A stretch of DNA of 33,492 nucleotides from Octopus bimaculoides (taxonomy: Eukaryota). The stretch covers positions 1,111,564 to 1,145,055 of the forward strand of contig NC_068988.1 in NCBI RefSeq assembly GCF_001194135.2, in the 5' to 3' direction. Numbering within the stretch: position 1 is the stretch's first letter; every line of letters starts with the position of its first letter. Positions 1 through 11,760 of the stretch are shown in pieces. The notes below the pieces were generated by a model, which made no database searches, was not told where the DNA came from, and was given only the letters and a program-made list of their open reading frames with translations. The translations under genes and the position numbers were made by a program.

Positions 1-21
1 TAGAAGAGACATACATGCATA

Positions 22-24
<3 letters not shown>

Positions 25-68
<44 letters not shown>

Positions 69-129
69 ACACACAAACAAACAAACATGCATACATACAT
101 ACATACATACATACATACATACATACATA
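25..129. repeat. Compound microsatellite (CA)n/(ATAC)n
   Basis: Seen directly. Confidence 0.95.
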
Positions 130-1025
130 CAACTAAAGGTAACGGTTTGCTCCAAAAATATCTTATCCGGAATGAACTCTTGCAATGACCAACACAAAGA
201 GTTCGATGGAAATAACGTTTGTTTAAAAAAAAAAAAGATTGCTGAATCTGTTTGTATTGAAGGAATAAAGCGAATGCACCGGACCTGGTGGAGCGGAAGT
301 TCACTAACAAGATCCAAATCAATTGACTATAAAACAATGACTGCATTCTCCCCACGACTGACCCCTTAGACCTTTTCCAGTTATTCACAGGTCAAATCTG
401 ATACAGAAGCGAAATCCTTTTTGTTCTAGCCTGATCTCGTTTAGTAAGAAAGTTATAAAAACGCAACAACAAATACTTTCATTCTCTCTGGGCATCTGAC
501 AAGATGTCTTTCTTCTTCCTTCTTCCTTCTGTCCGGTACCGATGGAGAAGCAACGCCTTTATGCGTGGGACAACACACTGCTTATACTCTCTATTTGCCA
601 AGGCCTTATTACTCTGTCTTTCTCTAGAAATCACAGAGTTGAAACTCTCTGCAGAATAGACTGGAGATCTACACAGACAACTATAAACATATATTTTTCT
701 ATCCTGCCATGGCATCGTAATCACATAAATAAATGGCTGTCTTAATAAGCAATTAACATTGTTCTTCACTCATTCGATGCACTTGACAATAAGGCTCGTT
801 ATTATAACTGGTGGTTCCGTCGTTACAAGGAAAAAAATCAAAAGTCATTCTGATCGTTGCGATACCAAACAGCGAGGGTTGAACAAACGGCAAAAGCTCA
901 TTTCAGCAAGAATAACACTGAGCCTCGTGGATCGCTCATCTGAGCCCCTGTGCAAATGAAATCCCTTTCTGCAAAGGAATTCCACAGGATTTTATAGAAT
1001 CCTAGTGTGGAGTTTCTCTTCTTAC

Positions 1026-1235
1026 AATATTCGGTCGTTTCTTATGGAATTATATTCGCTTTTTTTTTTATTATTTTGCATCAATTTTTAGAACCACGAA
1101 ATATGACCGAATTTTTAATTAAAGGTGCGAATTCCGTGAGTCGCGACTCATATCCAGATGGCGTGCCTTCTTCCACCTGAGACAGGGGCATATATTCCGC
1201 GAGTCTTTTGGTCTTTAATTGGCAGCCAATGACAT
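1026..1235 (-). promoter_or_regulatory. CpG-rich promoter-like region with a possible first (5'UTR) exon of a gene running off the left edge
   Basis: Perfect palindrome TGAGTCGCGACTCA (1137-1150), back-to-back ATTGG (1218-1222) and CCAAT (1226-1230, AGCCAATGA), locally high CpG, and a minus-strand donor ATATT|gtaaga at 1025. Confidence 0.35.
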
Positions 1236-1281
1236 ATAACGACCGACAAGAACAATCGGCTTGACATTATATACATGGAGT

Positions 1282-1490
1282 AAAGGCGGCGATCTAGCAG
1301 AACCGTTACCACGCCGGACAAAACTCTTAGCAGCATTTTTTCCGGCTTTACGCTCCGATTTCAAATCCTGCCGAGGTCGACTTTGTCTTTTATCCTTTCG
1401 GGGTCGATGAAATGAGTACTGGGGTCGATGTAATCGGCTTCCCCTCTCCCAAAATGTCTGGCCTTGTGCCTAGAGTAGAAAGGATTATAA
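1282..1490 (+). mobile_element. tRNA-derived SINE, family A (about 200 bp)
   Basis: tRNA-like head (GGCGGCGATCTAGCAGAA...GATTTCAAATCC) then a GTCGACTTTG...GGGGTCGAT body shared with at least eight other copies in the window. CpGs are retained. Confidence 0.8.
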
Positions 1491-1769
1491 GAGAGAGGTG
1501 GGGGTGAGATATAATGACGCTGATTATGAATATTAACAATATAGTCAACGGGAAAACTATAGCAGACAATCGTTCTAAATACTATAGATACATACATCAT
1601 GGCTGCACATGTGTGGAATATACTAATCTTATGGCAGTGATATCGTCTGCTTGTTGCTTTTAGATTTTAAACCCCACCCCACAGGAACGAGTGTCTGCTA
1701 ATTATATAAACAATGTCAATTGATTGAAGTTTCTTTTTCCATTTTCTTTCCTTATTTCATTATATTTTT

Positions 1770-2030
1770 GAAGGCGCGTGGCTTAATGATTAGAGTGTTT
1801 CTTTTGTGGCTTAATGGTTAGGGTTGCACTTGTGCTTTCGGTTCCCGGACCGGGCGATGTGTTGTGCTCTTGAGCAAAACCCCTCGTTTCTAGCTGCTCT
1901 GCTCCATTCACCTGTCGATAGCTGAAAAGTTAACCCTGCGACGGACTGGTGTCCTGTTCAGGGAAGTGGCGGTCGTAATCTGTCACATGTACGTCATAGA
2001 AACCAAATTAAGCTCAAGGCTTATGAGCTT
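1770..2030 (+). mobile_element. tRNA-derived SINE, family C
   Basis: Head GGCGCGTGGCTTAATG...GGTTCCCGGACCGGGCG and TTGAGCAAAAC core. Reverse-complementary to 2350-2580. Confidence 0.7.
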
Positions 2031-2349
2031 TCAGGCTCATGACAGATCGAAGTCTTAAGCCACTAAATAGCAGACAGGAGGTAACGCACAGGAGAAGAAC
2101 ATGACCTCCACACATCAAACTATTTCCATTCATCATTCAGTTTGTATATATACGTGTGGCCGGCATTAAAGACATTTAAAGTTACAGCCTTGTTTTATAT
2201 ATTCTTTATACCGTGTTCCTGTCGAATGATATTACAGCCTTCTGAGTAGAGTCATATTAGATAGCTCCACAACCATGATACAAACACTACTCCATCTAAA
2301 ATGGTGACCCGACGTGGAACACAGACTATCTAAACCTTCTTTACCACCA

Positions 2350-2580
2350 TCATTATGAACTCTTGCACTCATAGGGCCATTTCCATGAGATCGCAACGTT
2401 TCCCCTGGACAGGACGCTAGTCCATCACATGATAACTCATTACAACTGACTGGACTGGACTGGAGCAACGCAAAATGAAGTGTTTTAGTGAAGAACACAA
2501 TGCAACGCCCGGTCCGAGAAACGAAACCCTGGTCTTGCAATCGTGAGTACAACACCCTAACCACTTGGCCGCGCACCTTC
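2350..2580 (-). mobile_element. tRNA-derived SINE, family C (inverted relative to 1770-2030)
   Basis: The reverse complement begins GGTGCGCGGCCAAGTGGTTAGGGTGTTG...GGTTTCGTTTCTCGGACCGGGCGTTG, homologous to the copy at 1770. Confidence 0.7.
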
Positions 2581-3264
2581 CTCAGCGGGTATATTAATAC
2601 TGAAAGTTTTTACAGTAAACTGTTTGCCATGTCATATCGGCAAGGCTCTTACGTAAACTCTTGTTAAGTACCGAACATCTGTCGAGATAAAACGGGTGCA
2701 TTTTCAGATGTGGATTTGTACAGTCTAATAAATAAATGTTTGTAAAGTATAAAAGGATGATGCGTGAATATCATTCATGGACATCAGAGGTATTAAATGT
2801 AAGATTGGCTCAATATGATTTCGAAACAAAACACGAGTTTTTGTAATAAAGATAGTTACAAAAATAGATAAAAAATAGAAACTCCCGTTGGCGTCGTTAA
2901 TAAATCTACAACACTAAAATTAGTTATCTATTTGATGTAAGTGTCCTTCAAAAGACAGCGACCACGCTGACACAATAATTGATGTTCCCTTTTCAAATTG
3001 CAACATAATTACTAATTATAAAACGAACTGGCAGAGTTCAACCGAAAGGACAAATTTGTACAGACAAGAGATTGTTTACAAACAGATTTTCACGTTCTAT
3101 TTGTTACAGAGGAAGTAAACCGACATCAAATGTATTGGTTTTCGGCTGTTGGAGTTGTTTAACCACAGGTTAGCCTTGACCCAGCAGATCGTGATCATAG
3201 ATAAAAGGCGCTGACGATCCCATGTTTTTTTGTATATCTAGAATTAAATAGTTTCTAATTTAGC

Positions 3265-3470
3265 CACAAAAACCAGTGTTTTCAAGGGAAGGGGGCCAGT
3301 CGGTGCGATCGACCCACAGCACGAGACTCACACTTTGTTTTATCGACTCCGGGCAACGAAAGACAATGTTACCCTCGACTAGATTTGAACTCAGAACGTA
3401 AAGAAATACCCCCAAGGTATTTTGTCCAACGCCCAACCGATTTCTCTTTACATCTCGGATTAAATTGTTC
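3265..3470 (-). mobile_element. SINE family A copy, CpG-retaining
   Basis: ATCGACCC...TTTATCGACTCCG...GATTTGAACTCAGAACGTAAAG, matching the reverse complement of 1282-1490. Confidence 0.75.
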
Positions 3471-3574
3471 ATTATGTTCCCTCTTTCGTTACCGTGGCAA
3501 CTGTTTGTTGCAGCACCTTTTTCTAACTAAAATGGTACATTTCTTTTTATCTTCTATCTTTCACTTGTCTCAGT

Positions 3575-3750
3575 CATTTAACTGTGGCCATGCTGGGGCA
3601 TTGCCTTGAGAAATTGTAATTGAAAGAATTGACCCCAGTATTTATTAAATTTTATGCCTGGCACTTATTCTATCGGTCTCTTTAGCCGAAATTCTAAGTT
3701 ACGAGGATGCAAACAAACCAACACCGGTGGTGACGTAGTGGTGGGGGACG
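3575..3750. mobile_element. SINE-like repeat, family D
   Basis: CTGTGGCCATGCTGGGGCA...ATTGACCCCAG...CTTATTCTATCGGTCTC...CAAACCAACACCGG, homologous to 7421-7570. Confidence 0.6.
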
Positions 3751-3777
3751 AACAGATAAACATACACATACATACAC

Positions 3778-3808
<31 letters not shown>

Positions 3809-4189
3809 CATGTACATACACACACAAAGACACACACACACGGGGAAAACAAGGAAAAGAAAACGGAGAATAAATGGATGTAATTAATTACTGATTTATT
3901 TGCATGCTGTAAGAAGATGACGTTCTTGTTTTTTTTTTGTTTTGTTTTTTTAAAACATTACAAATAAAAAAATTGATTGGAAGTTGAAAGCTCAAAAAAA
4001 AAAATTAAGAGAAAAAAGAACCTACATATATGTTTCTGTCGTGCCATCTAGATGATGGGAATCTCCAAGCATATTGTTTAATGCCAAGTAAGTTACCACA
4101 TTCAAACTATACTGTGGTAAGACTTCGTTGGGGTTCAAAGGGAGCTAACGCAACATAGGTGATCACTTTATCTTTATATATATATATGT

Positions 4190-4330
4190 TACGACAGGCT
4201 TCTTTCAGATTCCGTCTACCAAATCCACTCAGAAGGCTCTGCTCGCACCCGAGGTTATAATAGAAGAAATACTTGTCCAAGATGCCACGCAATAGGACTG
4301 AACCTGGAACCATGTGGTTGAGAACCAAAC
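4190..4330 (-). mobile_element. SINE family B, head fragment
   Basis: AAATCCACTCA...ACTGAACCTGGAACCATGTGGTTG is the reverse complement of the head at 12335-12480. Confidence 0.65.
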
Positions 4331-6113
4331 TTCTTTCTCCATTTTCTAATTGAATATTTCTTTCCTTGTGTGTGAAGGTGTGGGAAGGGAATTTTGTTGA
4401 GAAAAATTGATTGCTTACTGAAGATGGCAGATGAAACAATGATTTCTAACACAGTTTCAAGATCAAAACACAATTTGCGTGGATGTTGGGAGCTCAATCA
4501 ATGAAATCAATCCAAAATACCTGATTAGTATTTATTTTATCCTACAGGAACATAAAATACCAAGTCTACTCCAAATGGATTTGTACTCTTCTAACCCATC
4601 CTTCTTTCTTTTTTATCTGGAATATTCATGTATCTACTCTACAGCAAGTCCTTTTCTATCCTTATCCCTCTCTACCTCTAATCTCTCATCAACTGGCACA
4701 AAGCCACCGCCAACCTCACTACTATCCGCCACTGCCAACTGAGAGCGGGTTTTGTCTTACAGGTTACTCTGTCACAATGCCATATCTTCCTGATAATTAT
4801 CTATTTAATGTTTACGAATAATAAATGAAAATAAGAACCATGATAACAAATGAGAAGGTTACTTACAGATATTTTCTTGAAGAGAATCTAGTCTTCACTC
4901 GAAATAATTGTGTGAAAATTTTCAGAGAATGTCAATAGGATGTTGAGGAATGATGCTTTTCTGAAGATCTCTTGGCACCAACTCCTTCCTCTATGATTGT
5001 TCTCATCAATATACACTAATATATACACACTACCACCTCGTTCAGATATTTCTTTTCCCATTTACTCCTCTTCCAATTCTTAATGTATCTTTCTTGGTGT
5101 AGGCGTGACTTTTTAAAACAATTTGTTTCCACCCACTTCCAATTTTAAATCTATTGGACCAGGTTTTTCTTAATACCTCCATTATAATTGTACATTGTTT
5201 TTTCTTCTGTGATAATTACATTTATATTTGATGTCTTTTTTTTATCTGAGATTTCCCCTCCTCCTTCAAAAAACTAAAACAAATATAAGCACCTAATATT
5301 CATTGCAAAGATATTGCAATGGATATTTCGTTGAGCCTGCAGAAAGACAACCATTGAATTTACGTTGCAATGGTTCAAACTGAACCATCTAGTTATTGTA
5401 TTAATTAAAAATATTTTACTTTCATTTATATTTTTTTAAAGTATATTGCAAAAACGTATTTGTCTCTTTCTTTAAAAAATGTACCAAGGAATAATTGCAA
5501 ACATTCTGCAGAAAAATTAAATTTTATTGCATACTGAAACGCTTTACGTTTTCTATTCTATTGCATTCCATATTTTTATTGACATTTTATTTTGAGTCTA
5601 TAATTATATGGTCGTCTGTACAAAGTTAAATACTTTATAACCTGAAATATCACAACTATTTAGCTGTCAACATTCAAAGGTGTGTGTGTGTGTTTAGATT
5701 ATATACGAGGCCTGTAAATAAAATAATGAAACTCTTTCAGAAAGCACACAGCGCCCAGGACGTTGCACTCTTCACAGCAGTGCTGGAACTCAGAAACCCG
5801 GAATGGCCTTAAGCTTGTTAGGTTACACCATTTTTCGTTTTCCAACGTACCAAAATTTTGGTACGTGAAATAATTTTGCAAAATAGTCGTGGATGTTGTT
5901 ATTTTAAAAAGATTTGTTATCCAAACTTTGTATTGACAGTGATAAAAGTTGATTTAACAAACAACTTAACTGAAATGAAATTAAAATAATCTTGCTTTGC
6001 AAACAATTTAGACTAAGCTTTGTTACTGAAAACTGTAATAATGGTAGTGGTGGTGGTGGGTGGATAGTGACAAGTGTAGTTTTTATTTAATTGAACAAAT
6101 TTTTTTACGTCAC

Positions 6114-7181
6114 TTTTGGATCTATTTTAAAACGGGGGCCACAGTTTTCATTAATGTTTTACGTAGTGCTTTTGGTACCGAAAGACTTTCAAACTTCGTA
6201 TACTTATCTATTTTGTGTTATAGAACAGAAAAATATTTTTGTATTCGAATTTATTTCATGTAAAAAATTGTCTTATTTCGATAATTTCAACCAATCACTG
6301 ACAAGTATTCAGTTGTTTACATTTACTCCTTTGGCTGATTAAGCGGTGTAAAGCGTATTTAATCTCCATAGCTTCGTTTTATTTGCTTTTTTNNNNNNNN
6401 NNNNNNNNNNNNNNNNNNNNNNNNNNNNNNNNNNNNNNNNNNNNNNNNNNNNNNNNNNNNNNNNNNNNNNNNNNNNNNNNNNNNNNNNNNNNNNNNNNNN
6501 NNNNNNNNNNNNNNNNNNNNNNNNNNNNNNNNNNNNNNNNNNNNNNNNNNNNNNNNNNNNNNNNNNNNNNNNNNNNNNNNNNNNNNNNNNNNNNNNNNNN
6601 NNNNNNNNNNNNNNNNNNNNNNNNNNNNNNNNNNNNNNNNNNNNNNNNNNNNNNNNNNNNNNNNNNNNNNNNNNNNNNNNNNNNNNNNNNNNNNNNNNNN
6701 NNNNNNNNNNNNNNNNNNNNNNNNNNNNNNNNNNNNNNNNNNNNNNNNNNNNNNNNNNNNNNNNNNNNNNNNNNNNNNNNNNNNNNNNNNNNNNNNNNNN
6801 NNNNNNNNNNNNNNNNNNNNNNNNNNNNNNNNNNNNNNNNNNNNNNNNNNNNNNNNNNNNNNNNNNNNNNNNNNNNNNNNNNNNNNNNNNNNNNNNNNNN
6901 NNNNNNNNNNNNNNNNNNNNNNNNNNNNNNNNNNNNNNAATTGTTTCAGAATCGTTTGTTTATGTAGTCGGCACTTAATGTATATCGGCTGAATGGACGT
7001 CAGTGATTGGTTGAAATTACAGAAATACGACAACTTTAACATGGAATAATTTATGGATTTCTTTTTTTTTAAGAAGACTAAGAGAAAAAGATGTTTTATA
7101 TGACACATTCTACCAGTGTTCCAAGTTTCAAAGTGTTTCCTTAATGAAAAATGTGGCCCCCGTTTTAAAAAAGATCCAGAA
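6114..7181. mobile_element. Foldback/MITE-like element with diverged inverted arms of about 200 bp around an assembly gap
   Basis: GGATCTATTTTAAAACGGGGGCCACAGTTTTCATTAA (from about 6118) pairs with TTAATGAAAAATGTGGCCCCCGTTTTAAAAAAGATCC (from 7141). TAATTTCAACCAATCACTGAC (about 6282-6302) pairs with GTCAGTGATTGGTTGAAATTA (about 6999-7019). Confidence 0.7.
6393..6938. other. Assembly gap
   Basis: Run of N. Confidence 1.
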
Positions 7182-7410
7182 GGTTTAGTCCACTTTGAAC
7201 TTTTAAACCCAAACCTAGCGATAAAAAGAGGAGAGCTACTGTGAGCAGTTTGAGTAGCTTAAGTCAGCGCCAGAAGAAAAACGACCATCTTTGCTTTCAA
7301 GATGAAAGGTGTTCATCCACCAGGATAATGCTCAGCCATATACAGCAAGGATGACATTCCAAAGACTGGAGCAGTTTGAATGGGAAATTATGCCCCACCC
7401 ACTGTATTCG
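7181..7410 (+). pseudogene. Degenerate mariner (Tc1/mariner) transposase catalytic-domain fragment
   Basis: Translates, with stops and frameshifts, to VHFELL...YCEQFE*LKSAPEEKRPSLLSR*KVFIHQDNAQPYTARMTFQRLEQFEWEIMPHPLYS. This is the mariner HxDNAxPH...LPHPPYSPDL signature. Confidence 0.85.
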
Positions 7411-7420
7411 NNNNNNNNNN
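7411..7420. other. Assembly gap (10 N)
   Basis: Run of N. Confidence 1.
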
Positions 7421-7570
7421 CTTTAGTCGAGCAAATCGACCCCAGGACTTCTTCTTTGTAAGCCTAGTACTTATTCTATAGGTCTCTCTTTCCGAACTGC
7501 TAAGTGACGGGGATGTAAACACACCAGCATCAGTTGTCAAGCGATGTTGGGGGGACAAACACAGACACAC
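7421..7570. mobile_element. SINE-like repeat, family D
   Basis: ATCGACCCCAGGACTT...TACTTATTCTATAGGTCTC...GTAAACACACCAGCATC, homologous to 3575-3750. CpGs are retained. Confidence 0.6.
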
Positions 7571-8272
7571 AAACATATAAGCTTAAATCCCTGCCGAGTT
7601 CTAGAAACATAGAACATTTCTGATCAAAATGGAAAGTTTCAATTTTCTCAGCTGTTGCAATGTAAGGGAGATAACACCTGTAAGGAGCTGAAAAGGGAAA
7701 GAAAAGAGGAAGTCTCGAGACATTTTTTGAATTTTTGTTAATGTTTTTATTAGATAAAACTGATTGTAATTTGATTAAGTTGTTGGATATTTGCACATTG
7801 TGGATGGTAGATGCTTGATGAGCCGTTACTGAGGGGCAGTTACCAGCAAGAGGAGTGCTACCAAAAACTTGAAATATATAAACTACCAAATAAAAATCCA
7901 TAGAAAAACGTCAAAAAATGTTCTGTACAAGTGTGTGCCTTTTGGGATTTCCATTCTTCATCTAATTAGTGCGAGGAGAGAATGATGGAGGTGGGGGGAG
8001 GGAGAAGAAGAGACTGAGACAAAGAAACATGGTAACAGACAGACAAAATTGATGGTGATGGTGGGGGGGAGGGGGGAGAGTTCATTTGTTGAAATGTGAT
8101 GTTGTCATAGTAATCAGTCTGATGTAATTTTGGTAAAGAGAGCAAATGAATGTAGCCGTTTATGATGGAGGTTTGAGGGTTTAGCAATAAAGAAGGCTAG
8201 GTCCAGCTCACACACAGCTCCGCCTCTACCCTGGTCACCAATTCTACACTAGGACAATTATAAATAATAGAA

Positions 8273-8284
8273 TATATATATGTG

Positions 8285-8321
<37 letters not shown>
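8273..8321. repeat. (TA)n microsatellite
   Basis: Seen directly. Confidence 0.95.
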
Positions 8322-8326
<5 letters not shown>

Positions 8327-8857
8327 AAAAAAGAAACAAGAAGAAAGAACCCCTTGTCATTTACACTTAGGTCTGTATATAAAACCAATTTTCCAAAGAC
8401 ACTGTCAGGGCTTGGGAAGAGGTCTGTGTGAGAAGAGAAGAAAAATAGGAATGGTAGCATCCGCTAACCTGATCTATATCTATCTCGAACAAATGCGAGC
8501 CAAGATACAAGTGCAGTATTGATCAAGTGGCATCAGAAATTGCAGCTAATCTGCTACGAGTCTGCGATGAAAGCTTCATTTCATTCTACATTGGTTTTTT
8601 TTTTCTTTTTGCAGGAAAAGAAGAAATCTTTAGTTGTTGGATATCAAAAGAATTTGGGTTTTTTTTTTTTTTAATAAATGATTTCCTATTTATATACAAA
8701 CTAATTCTAAAATAGTTTATCAAACCAACGACCAAGTAAATATGAAGTTTATGAATTGTTTTGTTGTTTTTTGTTTTGTTTCTTTACAATGAGTATTAAT
8801 ATAAATGGCATGGACAACAGAAATAGTAATAATAATAATAATAATAAACCTTTCTAC

Positions 8858-9065
8858 TATAGGCAGAAGGCCTGAAATTGTGGGGAGGAGGGGCAGTTAA
8901 TTACATTGACCCCCAACGCATGACTGGTACTTGGTTTATTGATTCCCAAAAGGATGAAAGGCAAAGTTTATCCCGGCAGAATTTGAACTCAGAACATAAA
9001 GCCAGACGAAATGCCACTACGCATTTTATTGGGCATGCCTAATGAATCTGCCAGCTCATTGCCTT

Positions 9066-9096
<31 letters not shown>

Positions 9097-10265
9097 CAGA
9101 CAGAAGAGGTAAGTAGTCTAGAAAAGAGAAGATAAATGGTGAGATAGAAAAAAATAATATTGATGGTGGTGATGATGATGATAGTATAACAATAACTTTC
9201 ATTAGACCGTTATGAGGCATAAGATTTGAGAGAGAGAGAGATTATAATATTTTTGTTGCTTGCCCCAAAGGTATTAGTGACATAACTGGAACTGGCAATT
9301 AATGTTGTCTTAAATTCTTAGTAAAATGAGAACACGGGGCTTACAATGATAATTTCAAATTTTGGCTCAAGGCCAGCAATTTTAATAGAAGTGAGAGGAA
9401 AGTCAATTACACTGACCCCACAACTTGATTTGTACTGATTCTATCAACTCCAGCAGAATTTGAACTCAAAACATAAGGAGTTGTAAGAAACACTGCAAAG
9501 CATTCGTCTGGAGCTCAACCGATTCTGCCAGCTATAAACTAATTGCTTCAAATTTGGCACAAGGCCAGTAAGTTAAGGAGAGAGGGGACTAATCAATTAC
9601 ACTAACCCCAGTACATAACTGGTACTTTATTTTATCAAACCTAGAGGGATGAAAGGCAAAGTTAACCTCGGCAGAATTTAAACTCGGAATGTAAAGCGTT
9701 TGAAGAAATGCCATTAAGCCGTTTATTCAATTTCGCTAATGAATCTGTGAGCTTACAGCCTACGTGACCCTTTCTACTATCGGCACAAGGCCTGAAATTT
9801 GTGGGGAGGGGGACAGTCGATTACATTGACCCCCAGTGCTCAACTGGTACATATTTCATTGACCCCGAAATGATGAAAGAAAGAGTCAGCCTTGGCTGGG
9901 TTTGAACTCAGAACATTAAAAAGTACAAAATACCGCTAAGCATTCTGCCCAGTGTGTTAACGATTCTACCAGCTAATCACCTCATTAATTATTTCCCACA
10001 CATTGGCACAAGATCATGTTTTTGGTTTGTTTGAGTTTTATTTTTTTATTTTCATTTTAGGGATAAAAGTTATGGTCAATTGAATGACCCCTGATGTAAC
10101 ACAACTGTTAGATTTATTGTCCCTGGAAGGGTGTAATGCAAAGTTGGCCCTAAATCCAATCCCGGCAAATTTCAAACTCTCTCAGAATGCAGAAGAATAA
10201 AAAAGGAAAGAAAGAAAAAAGAAGAAAGAAAAAACAGCAGAAATGCCATTGCTATCCAGAACGAC
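8858..10265 (-). mobile_element. Cluster of five same-orientation family-A SINEs (about 8858-9066, 9352-9535, 9545-9765, 9770-9975, 10000-10265)
   Basis: Each carries variants of AGGCC(TG/AG)...ATTACA(T/C)TGACCCC...TTTGAACTCAGAAC...CTGCCAGCT. The fifth copy is degenerate. Confidence 0.8.
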
Positions 10266-11589
10266 CAATTGTACAGTGTGGAGGAATCACATAATGGTTG
10301 TAATTAAGAAAAAGGCAAGAATTATATGTAAAGTCATTGTTATTGTAATACCTGGAAATATTAAAATTAAAATGAAAGGGTGAAAGAAGAAGAAGAAAAA
10401 ATCTCTGGATTGGATACAGGAGAATTACAACAGGAATATTCCAATATCTGCTAAAATAAAAAACAACATTAATTCATTTTGCATGTTCAGAAACTAACAT
10501 GGGTCCATTCGCAGTGTCTTTTTGTATCTTTTATTTCTCAGACGTCTGTCACTTGTCAACATGTGGCACCGATTGAACAGATTAACAAAAGAAATCACAA
10601 AAAAATGTTATCAGCAACACTTAAAAAAATAAAAAAAATAAAAACTTTATCATCTAAAAATGATTTGTTAGTATTCTCGTCTAATCCATACCAGTCAATA
10701 CTCATTTAGATAAGGAATGTATACTCATTACTAACTGTTAAAACTAATTAACTTTTTAGGTTTACATAAAAACAAAATAATTTAATGACATCCAACTGTG
10801 ATCACTTTTTTCTTTTATGTACACACACACACACACTTGTTTTAATGTCAAATTATAATAAAACCAATTTTACAATAAACTGAAGGATTATTCAATACTT
10901 TTTGGGTGGAGTACATTTTGTTATGCTTTTATAAGAAGTGGGTGACAAAATGTACGACAATCTGATGAAAGTTAGCAGGTTCAGAACTTGGAGGTCAGTG
11001 TTCCATCTCCTCTTGTGAATGATGTAATATGGATATAGTCTGAAGTGGAGGGATACTACCCGCATGGAGTGAACTTCTGCAGGTAGAGGCGAGTAGGGAT
11101 AAGGGCAGGAAAGGGTTGTTGTAAGTTACAAGGGTAAAAAAAAACAACATAATGATGTGAAGAGGTTAACAATACAAGAGGACGACATCCCAGTGGACTT
11201 TGTGGTAGATGGTTGGCTAATTGGTCTCCTCAACACCTAACTAGACATAACAACACCTCATACATCAAACATTACAGCTAAAGCTTGGTGTTAGGTATTT
11301 TTTCTTTAATCTGATCTTAAAAATAGACTTGTTTACAACATGAAGCTACCTTAGTATTTCATTTTAAACCCTAGGTAAAGAGAGTTAATCTCAATACATT
11401 TTTGTACACCAATATTAAAACTTTCAATAAGATTATCAACTCATTTGAATATAAAATATATCATAGCCTAAACTTGGAGGATTTTAAAGAAAATCAAATG
11501 TTTACCATTGTTATTATTAAGCTAAAAACATTGTACTTTAGTTAGCAGGGATGACTGTATTGTGTGGCACCAGCATAGCTGTTCCTCAA

Positions 11590-11760
11590 CCTTCCTGGTG
11601 CCATGAAAAGAAATACAGTCTGTAAATTGGTTAATGTGAGGAAACACATGCAGTTACAGAAACCAGACCAAAGCAGACAATGGAGCCCAGTACGGTTCTT
11701 TAGTTCATTGGTGTCTATCAAACTGACCAACCCATGCCAGCATGGAAAAATGGACATTAA
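11590..11760 (+). mobile_element. SINE family B / RTE-type 3' tail fragment
   Basis: GGTGCCATG...AGAAACCAG...CAAACTGACCAACCCATGCCAGCATGGAAAAATGGACATTAA. Confidence 0.7.

Noticed and set aside
4380-5280. Unique-looking sequence with several splice-like sites and short open frames on both strands
   Set aside because: Every frame is interrupted by stops and I recognise no protein family. It may be a decayed retroelement, but I cannot support a call.
6359-7108. Long ORFs in the track spanning N runs (also 13517-14197 and 24384-24826)
   Set aside because: Artefacts of translating assembly gaps and (TA)n repeats.
8207-8270. GC-box-like CTCCGCCTC, CCAAT and TATAAA in promoter-like order on the plus strand
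   Set aside because: Short motifs in AT-rich DNA with no downstream ORF or exon chain and little CpG enrichment.
8500-8590. Plus-strand peptide IDQVASEIAANLLRVCDESF resembling a BH3 motif (IAxxLRRIGDEF)
   Set aside because: There is an in-frame stop shortly upstream, no ATG, and no credible acceptor or donor around it. Short BH3-like patterns arise easily by chance.
8858-10265. Regularly recurring repeats superficially like a CRISPR array
   Set aside because: Units are about 200-bp diverged SINEs in eukaryotic DNA, with no short identical repeats, unique spacers or cas genes.
10541-10650. Strong plus-strand acceptor (ttttatttctcag) followed by short frames and AATAAA
   Set aside because: No upstream exon could be linked and the peptides are unrecognisable. 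It is compatible with the hidden-transcript idea but is not evidence on its own.
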